Source: Thermodesulfobacteriota bacterium
GTDB taxonomy: Bacteria > Desulfobacterota > Desulfomonilia > UBA1062
NCBI GenBank assembly: GCA_036834365.1
Contig: DAITOA010000001.1
Location: forward strand, 15,892-79,891
Direction of reading: 5' to 3'
Length of the DNA: 64,000 nucleotides
The notes below the pieces were generated by a model, which saw only the letters and a list, made by a program, of their open reading frames with translations, had not been told where the DNA came from and did no database searches. The translations under genes were made by a program, and so were the position numbers. Position 1 is the stretch's first letter; each line of letters starts with the position of its first letter. Of this stretch, positions 1 through 8,714 are shown one piece after another.

Positions 1-2151
1 GAAGCCGCCCGATCCGTCATCGGCCGGCATGGGTGTGTCGGCGCTCACCTCTTCCCAGAACTCCAGGAGGATGACCGTGAAATCGTCATCCAGTGCATCC
101 CTGCAGTTGAATGAACGCACATCGGTTTCAATGGCATCGATGATCTCGTTTCCCCGCAGAGACTGGACGGCCTTCCTGAAACACTTGATGAGACGCTCCT
201 TGCCGTACTGATTCCCGTCGGCATCTTCTGTTTCAATGAGGCAGTCGGTATACATGAGCAGGGCATCTCCCATCCCGATGCCTGTCTCGGCCTTTTCCTC
301 ATACCCGCCGTCCTCGAAGGAACCAAGGAAGAAACCGTCGGTATCGAGCTCCTTGATTTCGCCGGTCGCCCGCTTAAAGAGGAGGGGGGTGGGGTGGCCG
401 GCATTCGTGTAGGTAATGTTCTTGCCGAACCGGTCCGTCAGGACGAAGAAGGCGGTGATGTAATCCTCGTCGAGGACCGGCTTCAGGTCGCGGTTGAGCA
501 TATGCATGAGGATGGTGGGGCTTGCCACTGTGGCTGCAAGTGCATGAAAGCTCATCTTGAACATCGACGAGATGAGGGCCGCGGCCACGCCGTGTCCCGA
601 TACGTCCGCAATGATGAATCCGGTCTGACCTCCGCCCAGGTCGACTACGTCGTAGAGGTCCCCACCGATATGAATGGAAGGAATGTACTTGCAGGTGAAG
701 CTCACACCGTTGAGGTTTTCGAAGGTATCCGGCAGCAGACTCTTCTGGAGCCGGGCGGCCATTTCCAGCTCGCTGACCATGCGATGGTTCTGCGCCCTGA
801 TGATCTCGTTCTTCTCATCCATTTCTGCCAGGGTTATGGTCAGCCTGGCCGCCTGTTCCTCCATAAGATCCCTGGTCTCGGCGCTCTCCATGAGGAGACG
901 CTCCATATCCTCTTTCCGCCGTATCTCCTCTGTCACATCAGTGAAGAGTACAACGGAATATCTGCCTCCCTCCTTCGGTTCCACCGTGTGCAGGGTCTTC
1001 TCTATGGTATGTACGTTGAGATCTTCGGTCTGCAGGGAAACCTGCCGGCTCTTGTTCGAGAGGAGGTCCCTGACGACTCCGGGGGCCTCTGAGACGGATT
1101 TGCCCATGAGGTCTTTTGACCTCAGGGAGGTTATCTCCTCGGCCTTCCTGTTCCACATGATGATGCGCTCAAGATCCGAGACCAGGAGGAGGCCGGACGG
1201 AAACGTCTTGGTGAGCTGGACGATGAAATCGTCGCGTATCATGGGGGCAGGATACGCCACCCTGCCGGGGGCTGTATCCCTGCGGTAAATGAGTCGCACC
1301 TTGTTGCCGCATCCCTCGTAGATAACCTGGTTGAAGAAGTTCTTGGCGATCTGGATGCCGAGACCGCTTCCGATGTGTGCATGGGGATCGGGATTGAATT
1401 CTTTTCGGTAGTCAAAGCCGTTGCCCTGGTCGGTGACGATATATTCCAGTGTGTCCCTCTCCATATAAACCTGGAGTGTCACGACACGGTTCATATAATC
1501 TGGATTTTTCGCTCTCTGCTTCAGAAGTTCCTCGAAGGATCCCTTTTTCACTGCCCTGGCCTTTTCTTCCAGGGAGATGTTCAGGTTTCCGTGCTCCACG
1601 GCATTGAGGAGGATCTCGCCAAGCGCCATCTTGAGCATCTCCACATCGGGACACACGGCCCTGGCGTTCAAGACCGCCTGGTTGATGAAAAAGGGGAGCT
1701 TGTCTATATCGTTACCGAACCGGAGGGCCTTCTGCTCACTGAGGACGCAGTCGGTATCAGGCATGATGCCGATACACAGGGAACGCTGGTGGTCTTGAAT
1801 CCGTATGATACATTCCAAGAGCTTATCGACGGAGACGGGTCTTATGAGGTAATCCAGGACGCCCATGCGTATGCATTCAAGGGCAAGGAAACCGTCAACC
1901 TTGCCGGCGGCTACGATGAGCAGGGCGCCGGGACAGCTGCCGTGAATCTGTCTGAGGGTCTTCAGCCCCGTGTCGTCCTTGGGATCAAGTGCGACGAGGA
2001 CGAGGTCGGGCTTTTCCTCCATCAGGTGGACAAGACCCTCACCGGGGGAGAAGACGTGCAGTGCACGATATCCTTTCCGGGAGATTCTCTTTGCAAGCTC
2101 TCCGGAGGACTTTTCAGGATCGATGATGAGGATGCTCTGAATGACCTTCAT
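1..2151 (-). CDS. Receiver / GHKL Ser-kinase (RsbW-like HATPase) / PP2C (SpoIIE/RsbU-like) phosphatase fusion protein. ATG at 2151. 3' end (C-terminus) runs off the window start.
   Basis: Hand translation of minus-strand frame from 2151: MKVIQSILIIDPEKSSGELAKRISRKGYRALHVFSPGEGLVHLMEEKPDLVLVALDPKDDTGLKTLRQIH (receiver-like). N-box ALGEILLNAVEHGNLNISLEEK at approx. 1567-1632. PP2C motif GGDLYDVVDLGGGQTGFIIADVSGHGVAAALISSMFK at 556-669. Not in the ORF track because it has no stop inside the window. No listed ORFs in this frame across 2 kb. Confidence 0.75.
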   Translation of the reverse strand, partial: MKVIQSILIIDPEKSSGELAKRISRKGYRALHVFSPGEGLVHLMEEKPDLVLVALDPKDDTGLKTLRQIHGSCPGALLIVAAGKVDGFLALECIRMGVLDYLIRPVSVDKLLECIIRIQDHQRSLCIGIMPDTDCVLSEQKALRFGNDIDKLPFFINQAVLNARAVCPDVEMLKMALGEILLNAVEHGNLNISLEEKARAVKKGSFEELLKQRAKNPDYMNRVVTLQVYMERDTLEYIVTDQGNGFDYRKEFNPDPHAHIGSGLGIQIAKNFFNQVIYEGCGNKVRLIYRRDTAPGRVAYPAPMIRDDFIVQLTKTFPSGLLLVSDLERIIMWNRKAEEITSLRSKDLMGKSVSEAPGVVRDLLSNKSRQVSLQTEDLNVHTIEKTLHTVEPKEGGRYSVVLFTDVTEEIRRKEDMERLLMESAETRDLMEEQAARLTITLAEMDEKNEIIRAQNHRMVSELEMAARLQKSLLPDTFENLNGVSFTCKYIPSIHIGGDLYDVVDLGGGQTGFIIADVSGHGVAAALISSMFKMSFHALAATVASPTILMHMLNRDLKPVLDEDYITAFFVLTDRFGKNITYTNAGHPTPLLFKRATGEIKELDTDGFFLGSFEDGGYEEKAETGIGMGDALLMYTDCLIETEDADGNQYGKERLIKCFRKAVQSLRGNEIIDAIETDVRSFNCRDALDDDFTVILLEFWEEVSADTPMPADDGSGGF

Positions 2152-2202
2152 GGTTGTTCCGGCCCGTATGGCCGCTCAATGCATGGAAACGAAGCGTGAT
2201 TC

Positions 2203-3279
2203 TCAGCACTTCTCATTTCGAACCATGTTCATGATGGTGCCGGCGATGGAATGCAGTGATACGATCTTGGACACCCCGCCCATCTCTATGGCGACCTTGG
2301 GCATACCGAACACCACGCAGCTCTCTTCATCCTGTGCTATGGTGAAGGCGCCTGCATCCTTCATTTCCCGCAGGCCCCTCGCCCCGTCGTCACCCATACC
2401 GGTGAGGATGACCCCCAGGGCATTGGGTCCCAGTGTGTTGGCCGCCGACCTGAAAAGGACATCCACTGAGGGAATATGCCGGTTCACGGGAGGACCTTCC
2501 TTTACCCGCACGTAATATCCCTTGGGACCCTTCTGGACGATCATGTGCCTGCCGCCGGGGGCGATCAGTGCCTGACCCTGCTTCAATTCGTCATTGTCCC
2601 TCGCCTCGATGACATTCATGGCGGAAAGCCCGTTGACCCGTTTTGCAAAGGAGTTGGTGAACACAGGCGGCATGTGCTGTACGATCAGGGTCGGAGGGGC
2701 ATCGGCAGGCATCTTGTTGAGTATCTGTTCGAGGGCGACGGTTCCCCCTGTCGATGCGCCGATTATAAGGATCTTTGATCCATCCCGCACGGAGATCAAT
2801 CTTTCCGATTTGATTACGGCATCCATGCCCAGCTTCGGGGGAACGATGAGATTCGGGGGGGAGACGGCCTTTTTCAGTTTGGCCGAGGATGCCGCCCTGA
2901 CCTTGGAACAGAGATCGATCCGCAGGTCTTCTATTCCTTCACTGATCTTCACCTTCGGCTTGGCCAGGAAATCGATGGCGCCTAGCGACAGGGCCTTTAC
3001 CGTGGCATCTGCACCCTGTTCTGTGAGCGAGGAAAACATGACAACGGGCATGGGTGATGAGCGCATGAGCCGGGAGAGGAAGGTGAGGCCGTCCATCTTG
3101 GGCATCTCGATGTCCAGGGTCAGCACATCGGGTTTGAGTTCCTTGATCTTGCGTATGGCAATGAGTGGATCCGGTGCCGTTCCCACCACCTCGATCCCGG
3201 GGTCGGAGTCGAGGATATCCTTGAGGAGTTTCCTCACCAGGGCGGAGTCATCAATGATCAATACCTTTATTTTTTCCAT
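2203..3279 (-). CDS. cheB: Chemotaxis response regulator protein-glutamate methylesterase CheB (receiver + methylesterase)
   Basis: MEKIKVLIIDDSALVRKLL...TLDIEMPKMDGLTF receiver N-terminus plus CheB catalytic domain (GASTGG, HMPPVFT motifs). 358 aa. Confidence 0.9.
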   Translation of the reverse strand: MEKIKVLIIDDSALVRKLLKDILDSDPGIEVVGTAPDPLIAIRKIKELKPDVLTLDIEMPKMDGLTFLSRLMRSSPMPVVMFSSLTEQGADATVKALSLGAIDFLAKPKVKISEGIEDLRIDLCSKVRAASSAKLKKAVSPPNLIVPPKLGMDAVIKSERLISVRDGSKILIIGASTGGTVALEQILNKMPADAPPTLIVQHMPPVFTNSFAKRVNGLSAMNVIEARDNDELKQGQALIAPGGRHMIVQKGPKGYYVRVKEGPPVNRHIPSVDVLFRSAANTLGPNALGVILTGMGDDGARGLREMKDAGAFTIAQDEESCVVFGMPKVAIEMGGVSKIVSLHSIAGTIMNMVRNEKC

Positions 3280-3286
3280 ATCCGTC

Positions 3287-3883
3287 TCACTCGAAGATGG
3301 TCAGCTCGCCACCTTCCGCATGGAGTTTCTCCTTCTCCTGGAAGAGCTTGGTCTTGTATGCCTGTTCCGCCTCGATGATCCGGGAGTCGACCGTCGATTT
3401 GAGCCTCTTGAGCAGGACCTTTGCGGTATCGGGAAAGTACAGGATCTTCCTGCCCGCGTAACCGCCCACATCCTCCTTCACGATCTCGATCTGTTCCATC
3501 TTCAGGAATGCGCGAACGAAATCGATGTTGGACTCGGGAACATTGCCGTCGGTCTTGCGGAAGTTCAGGACATGTCCGCCTCCGAACACCTTCGCCTGGA
3601 AGTGTTTCTGGGAGCCTCCCTTTTTGATCATCTCATTGATCAGCTGTTCCATGGCGAACATACCGTACTTGGCGGACTCGGAAAGGAACATCTCTTCGGA
3701 ACGCACGTCGCCGGGGAGCATGAAGTGGTTCATGCCGCCAATGCCGGTCTTTGTATCCTTGATGCACACGGATATGCATGAACCCAGGACCGTGGCGATG
3801 ACATCCGAGGAACTCACATAGAACTCGCCAGGATAGATGATCACCATGGTCCGTTTGAATTTATCACTGTGTCTTCTATACAT
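3287..3883 (-). CDS. cheD: Chemoreceptor glutamine deamidase CheD
   Basis: VLGSCISVCIKD...GIGGMNHFMLPG matches the CheD signature. 198 aa (start may be an internal Met at 3847). Confidence 0.8.
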   Translation of the reverse strand: MYRRHSDKFKRTMVIIYPGEFYVSSSDVIATVLGSCISVCIKDTKTGIGGMNHFMLPGDVRSEEMFLSESAKYGMFAMEQLINEMIKKGGSQKHFQAKVFGGGHVLNFRKTDGNVPESNIDFVRAFLKMEQIEIVKEDVGGYAGRKILYFPDTAKVLLKRLKSTVDSRIIEAEQAYKTKLFQEKEKLHAEGGELTIFE

Positions 3884-3884
3884 G

Positions 3885-4730
3885 TTACACCTTCTGATAC
3901 ACCGTGTGTTTCAGGAACTTGAAGAGGTGTTTCATGGACATGAGGGATTCCGAATGGCCGATGAACATGAGCCCCATGTCCTTGAGGTGAAGGTGGAACT
4001 TCTGTACCAGGTCCGACTTCGTCTCTTCGTTGAAGTAGATCATGACGTTTCTGCAGAAGATAACGTCGAAGGATCTCTTCATGGGAAAGAGACGGTCCAT
4101 GAGGTTGAGCTTGCGGAAGGTGATCATGTTTTTGATCTCCTTGCTCGCTTCATACCCTTCGACGGTGCGGACCAGGTACTTCGTGATGTAGTTCACTGGC
4201 ACCGGGGCGATCTGCTGACTGGAATAGACCCCCCGGGCCGCCTTGGAAAGGATTTCGGTATCAAGGTCCGTCGCCAGGATCTTGATGTCCCAGCCTCTTT
4301 CCTCCCGGAGGGCGTCGGACACGGTCATGGCAATGCTATAGGGTTCTTCCCCCGACGAGCATCCTGCTGACCATATCCTCAGACGTCTCTCGCGGCCTTT
4401 TCTGGCCACCTCAATGAGGGTGGGAAGTACCTCGTCATGAAGGAACTCAAAATGATGCTTCTCGCGGAAGAAGTCGGTCTTGTTCGTGGTGACGCGGTTG
4501 ATGAGATTGATGATCTCGTTACCGGCATCGGAACTTTCTTTCAGGTACTGATAGTACTCGGAAAAGTTTTTTAAATTCAAAAATCTGAGTCTTTTAGACA
4601 ATCGTGCGACAACCAGATTTCTCTTCCTGTCGGACATGTGGATGCCCGTCTCCCGGTAGATGATTTCCCGAAAGAGTTGGAACTCCTTGTCGGAGATACT
4701 GTATGATTGCGCGCACAGCGTTGAATTCAT
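3885..4730 (-). CDS. cheR: Chemotaxis protein methyltransferase CheR
   Basis: N-terminal CheR all-alpha domain plus SAM-MTase region (FFREKHHFEFL..., IWSAGCSSGEEPYSIAM). 281 aa. Stop abuts cheD start. Confidence 0.9.
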   Translation of the reverse strand: MNSTLCAQSYSISDKEFQLFREIIYRETGIHMSDRKRNLVVARLSKRLRFLNLKNFSEYYQYLKESSDAGNEIINLINRVTTNKTDFFREKHHFEFLHDEVLPTLIEVARKGRERRLRIWSAGCSSGEEPYSIAMTVSDALREERGWDIKILATDLDTEILSKAARGVYSSQQIAPVPVNYITKYLVRTVEGYEASKEIKNMITFRKLNLMDRLFPMKRSFDVIFCRNVMIYFNEETKSDLVQKFHLHLKDMGLMFIGHSESLMSMKHLFKFLKHTVYQKV

Positions 4731-5218
4731 ACGCCATCGACCATATTAAGCTCCTCATCCGAGAGCAGTCTGTCAACATCGAGGAGGATCACGAACTTGT
4801 TGTCCTTGATGCCCATGCCGAAGATGAATTCGGTGCTTACCCCGGTAGAGAAATGCGGACGAGGCTTGATGTCCTCCTTGTTCAGCGTGATGACATCGCT
4901 TACGGCATCAACCACGAGCCCCATGATCCTCCCCGATACATCCAGGATCATGATGACCGTGAACTGGTCGTATTCCTTGATCTCCATGCCGAAGCGCTCG
5001 CGCAAGTCGATGACCGGGACGACGATTCCCCTGAGGTTGAGCACGCCCTTGATGAACCTCGGCACATTGGGGATCGAGGTGCAGCTCTGATATGCGATGA
5101 TCTCGTTGAGCTTGAGGATGGAGATCCCATAGGTCTCCATCCCCAGTTGGAAGGTCACATACTGGTTTGATAGCGCCTTTGCCGTTTCGTTCTGCTGAGC
5201 CATGGGTGTACTCCCCAT
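4727..5218 (-). CDS. cheW: Chemotaxis coupling protein CheW
   Basis: 163 aa, CheW-like domain (YVTFQLGMETYGISILKLNEII...). ATGA overlap with cheR. TAATG overlap with upstream MCP. Confidence 0.9.
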   Translation of the reverse strand: MGSTPMAQQNETAKALSNQYVTFQLGMETYGISILKLNEIIAYQSCTSIPNVPRFIKGVLNLRGIVVPVIDLRERFGMEIKEYDQFTVIMILDVSGRIMGLVVDAVSDVITLNKEDIKPRPHFSTGVSTEFIFGMGIKDNKFVILLDVDRLLSDEELNMVDGV

Positions 5219-6861
5219 TAGAATTCCTCGAAATCGTCTTCGAATTCGGATACTGTTTCGGTTTTTGCCGGTTCCATGCGTGTTTTGTGCTGGGGCTGTT
5301 TTTTCGTTGGGGATTTCTTTGTCCTGGTTGATTCGGTCTCGCGGGTGACCTTGAAGCGGTCCACGGTATCGGCCAGGTCTTTGGCCTCGTTGCTGAGGCT
5401 GTCCGATGTGCTGGCGAGTTCCTCCACCGTGGAAGCGTTCTGCTGGGTGGTGGTGTCGATCTGGGCGATGGCCCGGTTCAGCTCGTCCACGCCTGAAGCC
5501 TGCTCGCTGGATGCCGCGGCGATCTCCTCCATGACCTGGGAGAGGTCCTGGATGTGCCTGATGATCTGTTCCAGGGACTCCCCGGATTTCTTCACCATGA
5601 TGTCGCCAGCGGCGATCTTGTTCACCGTGTCCTCGATGAGGGCCTTGATCTGGCGGGCGGCCTCCGCCGACCTTTGGGCCAGTGCCCGTACTTCTTCGGC
5701 GACCACGGCGAATCCTTTACCGTGCTCGCCAGCCCGGGCGGCCTCGACGGCGGCGTTGAGGGCCAGGAGGTTGGTCTGGAAGGCCACCTCGTTGACCGTG
5801 ACGATGATGTCGCCGATCTTCTTGGATGCGGCGGAGATCTCGCTCATGCCGAGGACGAGCTCCTGGGCGGCTTCTCCGCTGGAGCCGGCCATGCGCACCA
5901 TCTCCGTGGCCTTCTGGCGGCCGTCGGTGGCGTTCTCGGCGTTGTGTTTGATGGAGGAGGTCATCTCTTCGATGGTGGCCGCCACCTCTTCGATGGCCGA
6001 TGCCTGCTCCTGGGTGGCCTGTGAGAGGCCCTGGGCTCCGGCGGCCACCTCCTTGGTGGCGGAATCCACCTGGAGCGAGGAATCCTTCACCCTGGTGATG
6101 ACCTCTTCGAGGTTCTCCACGAAGGTGTTGAACCAGGATGCGATCTCTCCCACCTCATCGGTGGAGTTCACCGGCAGCCGCTTGGACAGGTCGGCCTCGC
6201 CCTGCGCTATGTCCATCATGCTGGATGATATCTCCCGAGCCCTCCTGGCTATCTTGCCGGCGAAGAGTGCGCCGAGCACGGCCACGACGATGGCGGTGAT
6301 GAGGAGGAAAATCAGGAGCTCCATCTGGAGGCTGCGGACCGCTGCGAGGGCCTCGGATGAGGGGACGGCGGCCCAGACGATCCAGTCCAGGGGTTTGATG
6401 TATGCAAGGTAGCTTATCTTGCTGACCCCGCCGAAGGTGTAGTCCGATCTTCCCTGCTTCTTGTCGACGGCCGCCCTTACCCAGTCGTAGGTCTCGTAAA
6501 GGGTCTTGTTGTTGCGGAGTTCCGCCTTCGGGTGGTAGACACAGGTGCCGTCGGGCTGGAAGATGGCAAGGTACCCGGTGTCGAAATACTTTTCCTTGGC
6601 GGCCTCCTTGATGAGGTCGGCCTTGAGGGACTTCATGAGCTGTTCTTTGATGATGTCCAGGTTACCCTCGATGGAAGCGCTTCTCACCTCGGCCATCCTG
6701 GCGTAGGAATCCACCTTCACCTTGAGATACTCGAATGCCTGGTTCTTCAGATGTCCGCTGATGCTTATGCCTACATAGATGATAACGACAACAAGCGGTA
6801 TCAAGCCTGCGGAAAGGATCAGGGCCGTGAGCTTCTCGCGAAGTTTCCATCGTATGCTCAT
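5218..6861 (-). CDS. Methyl-accepting chemotaxis protein (copy 1 of 2, identical)
   Basis: 547 aa: N-terminal TM helix, periplasmic sensor region, second TM helix, HAMP, and an MA signalling domain with a highly conserved hairpin (ALNAAVEAARAGEHGKGFAVVAEEVRALA). RBS aggag upstream. Confidence 0.9.
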   Translation of the reverse strand: MSIRWKLREKLTALILSAGLIPLVVVIIYVGISISGHLKNQAFEYLKVKVDSYARMAEVRSASIEGNLDIIKEQLMKSLKADLIKEAAKEKYFDTGYLAIFQPDGTCVYHPKAELRNNKTLYETYDWVRAAVDKKQGRSDYTFGGVSKISYLAYIKPLDWIVWAAVPSSEALAAVRSLQMELLIFLLITAIVVAVLGALFAGKIARRAREISSSMMDIAQGEADLSKRLPVNSTDEVGEIASWFNTFVENLEEVITRVKDSSLQVDSATKEVAAGAQGLSQATQEQASAIEEVAATIEEMTSSIKHNAENATDGRQKATEMVRMAGSSGEAAQELVLGMSEISAASKKIGDIIVTVNEVAFQTNLLALNAAVEAARAGEHGKGFAVVAEEVRALAQRSAEAARQIKALIEDTVNKIAAGDIMVKKSGESLEQIIRHIQDLSQVMEEIAAASSEQASGVDELNRAIAQIDTTTQQNASTVEELASTSDSLSNEAKDLADTVDRFKVTRETESTRTKKSPTKKQPQHKTRMEPAKTETVSEFEDDFEEF

Positions 6862-8553
6862 ACTGTGATCTCCTCTGTGTATAGACTCATTCTAGAATTC
6901 CTCGAAATCGTCTTCGAATTCGGATACTGTTTCGGTTTTTGCCGGTTCCATGCGTGTTTTGTGCTGGGGCTGTTTTTTCGTTGGGGATTTCTTTGTCCTG
7001 GTTGATTCGGTCTCGCGGGTGACCTTGAAGCGGTCCACGGTATCGGCCAGGTCTTTGGCCTCGTTGCTGAGGCTGTCCGATGTGCTGGCGAGTTCCTCCA
7101 CCGTGGAAGCGTTCTGCTGGGTGGTGGTGTCGATCTGGGCGATGGCCCGGTTCAGCTCGTCCACGCCTGAAGCCTGCTCGCTGGATGCCGCGGCGATCTC
7201 CTCCATGACCTGGGAGAGGTCCTGGATGTGCCTGATGATCTGTTCCAGGGACTCCCCGGATTTCTTCACCATGATGTCGCCAGCGGCGATCTTGTTCACC
7301 GTGTCCTCGATGAGGGCCTTGATCTGGCGGGCGGCCTCCGCCGACCTTTGGGCCAGTGCCCGTACTTCTTCGGCGACCACGGCGAATCCTTTACCGTGCT
7401 CGCCAGCCCGGGCGGCCTCGACGGCGGCGTTGAGGGCCAGGAGGTTGGTCTGGAAGGCCACCTCGTTGACCGTGACGATGATGTCGCCGATCTTCTTGGA
7501 TGCGGCGGAGATCTCGCTCATGCCGAGGACGAGCTCCTGGGCGGCTTCTCCGCTGGAGCCGGCCATGCGCACCATCTCCGTGGCCTTCTGGCGGCCGTCG
7601 GTGGCGTTCTCGGCGTTGTGTTTGATGGAGGAGGTCATCTCTTCGATGGTGGCCGCCACCTCTTCGATGGCCGATGCCTGCTCCTGGGTGGCCTGTGAGA
7701 GGCCCTGGGCTCCGGCGGCCACCTCCTTGGTGGCGGAATCCACCTGGAGCGAGGAATCCTTCACCCTGGTGATGACCTCTTCGAGGTTCTCCACGAAGGT
7801 GTTGAACCAGGATGCGATCTCTCCCACCTCATCGGTGGAGTTCACCGGCAGCCGCTTGGACAGGTCGGCCTCGCCCTGCGCTATGTCCATCATGCTGGAT
7901 GATATCTCCCGAGCCCTCCTGGCTATCTTGCCGGCGAAGAGTGCGCCGAGCACGGCCACGACGATGGCGGTGATGAGGAGGAAAATCAGGAGCTCCATCT
8001 GGAGGCTGCGGACCGCTGCGAGGGCCTCGGATGAGGGGACGGCGGCCCAGACGATCCAGTCCAGGGGTTTGATGTATGCAAGGTAGCTTATCTTGCTGAC
8101 CCCGCCGAAGGTGTAGTCCGATCTTCCCTGCTTCTTGTCGACGGCCGCCCTTACCCAGTCGTAGGTCTCGTAAAGGGTCTTGTTGTTGCGGAGTTCCGCC
8201 TTCGGGTGGTAGACACAGGTGCCGTCGGGCTGGAAGATGGCAAGGTACCCGGTGTCGAAATACTTTTCCTTGGCGGCCTCCTTGATGAGGTCGGCCTTGA
8301 GGGACTTCATGAGCTGTTCTTTGATGATGTCCAGGTTACCCTCGATGGAAGCGCTTCTCACCTCGGCCATCCTGGCGTAGGAATCCACCTTCACCTTGAG
8401 ATACTCGAATGCCTGGTTCTTCAGATGTCCGCTGATGCTTATGCCTACATAGATGATAACGACAACAAGCGGTATCAAGCCTGCGGAAAGGATCAGGGCC
8501 GTGAGCTTCTCGCGAAGTTTCCATCGTATGCTCATACTGTGATCTCCTCTGTG
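5219..8553. repeat. Perfect tandem direct duplication, 2 x 1661 bp (5219..6879 and 6893..8553) separated by a unique 13-nt junction (6880..6892). Each unit carries RBS plus entire MCP CDS.
   Basis: ORF pairs 5218..6861/6892..8535, 5276..6412/6950..8086, 5554..6024/7228..7698, 6662..6850/8336..8524 have identical translations at a constant +1674 offset. Flanks diverge at TAA vs TAG stop and after the shared 18-nt actgtgatctcctctgtg. Confidence 0.9.
6892..8535 (-). CDS. Methyl-accepting chemotaxis protein (copy 2 of 2, identical)
   Basis: Translation is 100% identical to copy 1 (547 aa). All internal antisense ORFs are also identical at an offset of 1674 nt. Confidence 0.9.
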   Translation of the reverse strand: MSIRWKLREKLTALILSAGLIPLVVVIIYVGISISGHLKNQAFEYLKVKVDSYARMAEVRSASIEGNLDIIKEQLMKSLKADLIKEAAKEKYFDTGYLAIFQPDGTCVYHPKAELRNNKTLYETYDWVRAAVDKKQGRSDYTFGGVSKISYLAYIKPLDWIVWAAVPSSEALAAVRSLQMELLIFLLITAIVVAVLGALFAGKIARRAREISSSMMDIAQGEADLSKRLPVNSTDEVGEIASWFNTFVENLEEVITRVKDSSLQVDSATKEVAAGAQGLSQATQEQASAIEEVAATIEEMTSSIKHNAENATDGRQKATEMVRMAGSSGEAAQELVLGMSEISAASKKIGDIIVTVNEVAFQTNLLALNAAVEAARAGEHGKGFAVVAEEVRALAQRSAEAARQIKALIEDTVNKIAAGDIMVKKSGESLEQIIRHIQDLSQVMEEIAAASSEQASGVDELNRAIAQIDTTTQQNASTVEELASTSDSLSNEAKDLADTVDRFKVTRETESTRTKKSPTKKQPQHKTRMEPAKTETVSEFEDDFEEF

Positions 8554-8714
8554 CGATAATTCATGTCACCCTCGAAGCCATAGGAGAATTTCAAATGTGT
8601 TGACTTGTTGACCTGGATTGCTTCCAAGGACGCAACCGCCAGGTCCTTCAAGATCATGAATGAAAAGCTCATGGGTTCTTCTTTCGCATATGCACTAACA
8701 TCATGGGCGCCTCA

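Noticed and set aside
394-2199. Plus-strand ORFs 394..1092, 674..1288, 1375..2199 (and minus ORFs 45..404, 938..1156, 1412..1654 in other frames)
   Set aside because: They are antisense or out of frame relative to the verified minus-strand receiver-kinase-PP2C gene. Their translations are low-complexity, as expected for GC-rich antisense frames.
5276-8086. 378-aa and 156-aa plus-strand ORFs inside each MCP copy
   Set aside because: Antisense to a strongly supported MCP CDS. Low-complexity Ser/Ala-rich translation. They are useful only as proof that the two copies are nucleotide-identical.
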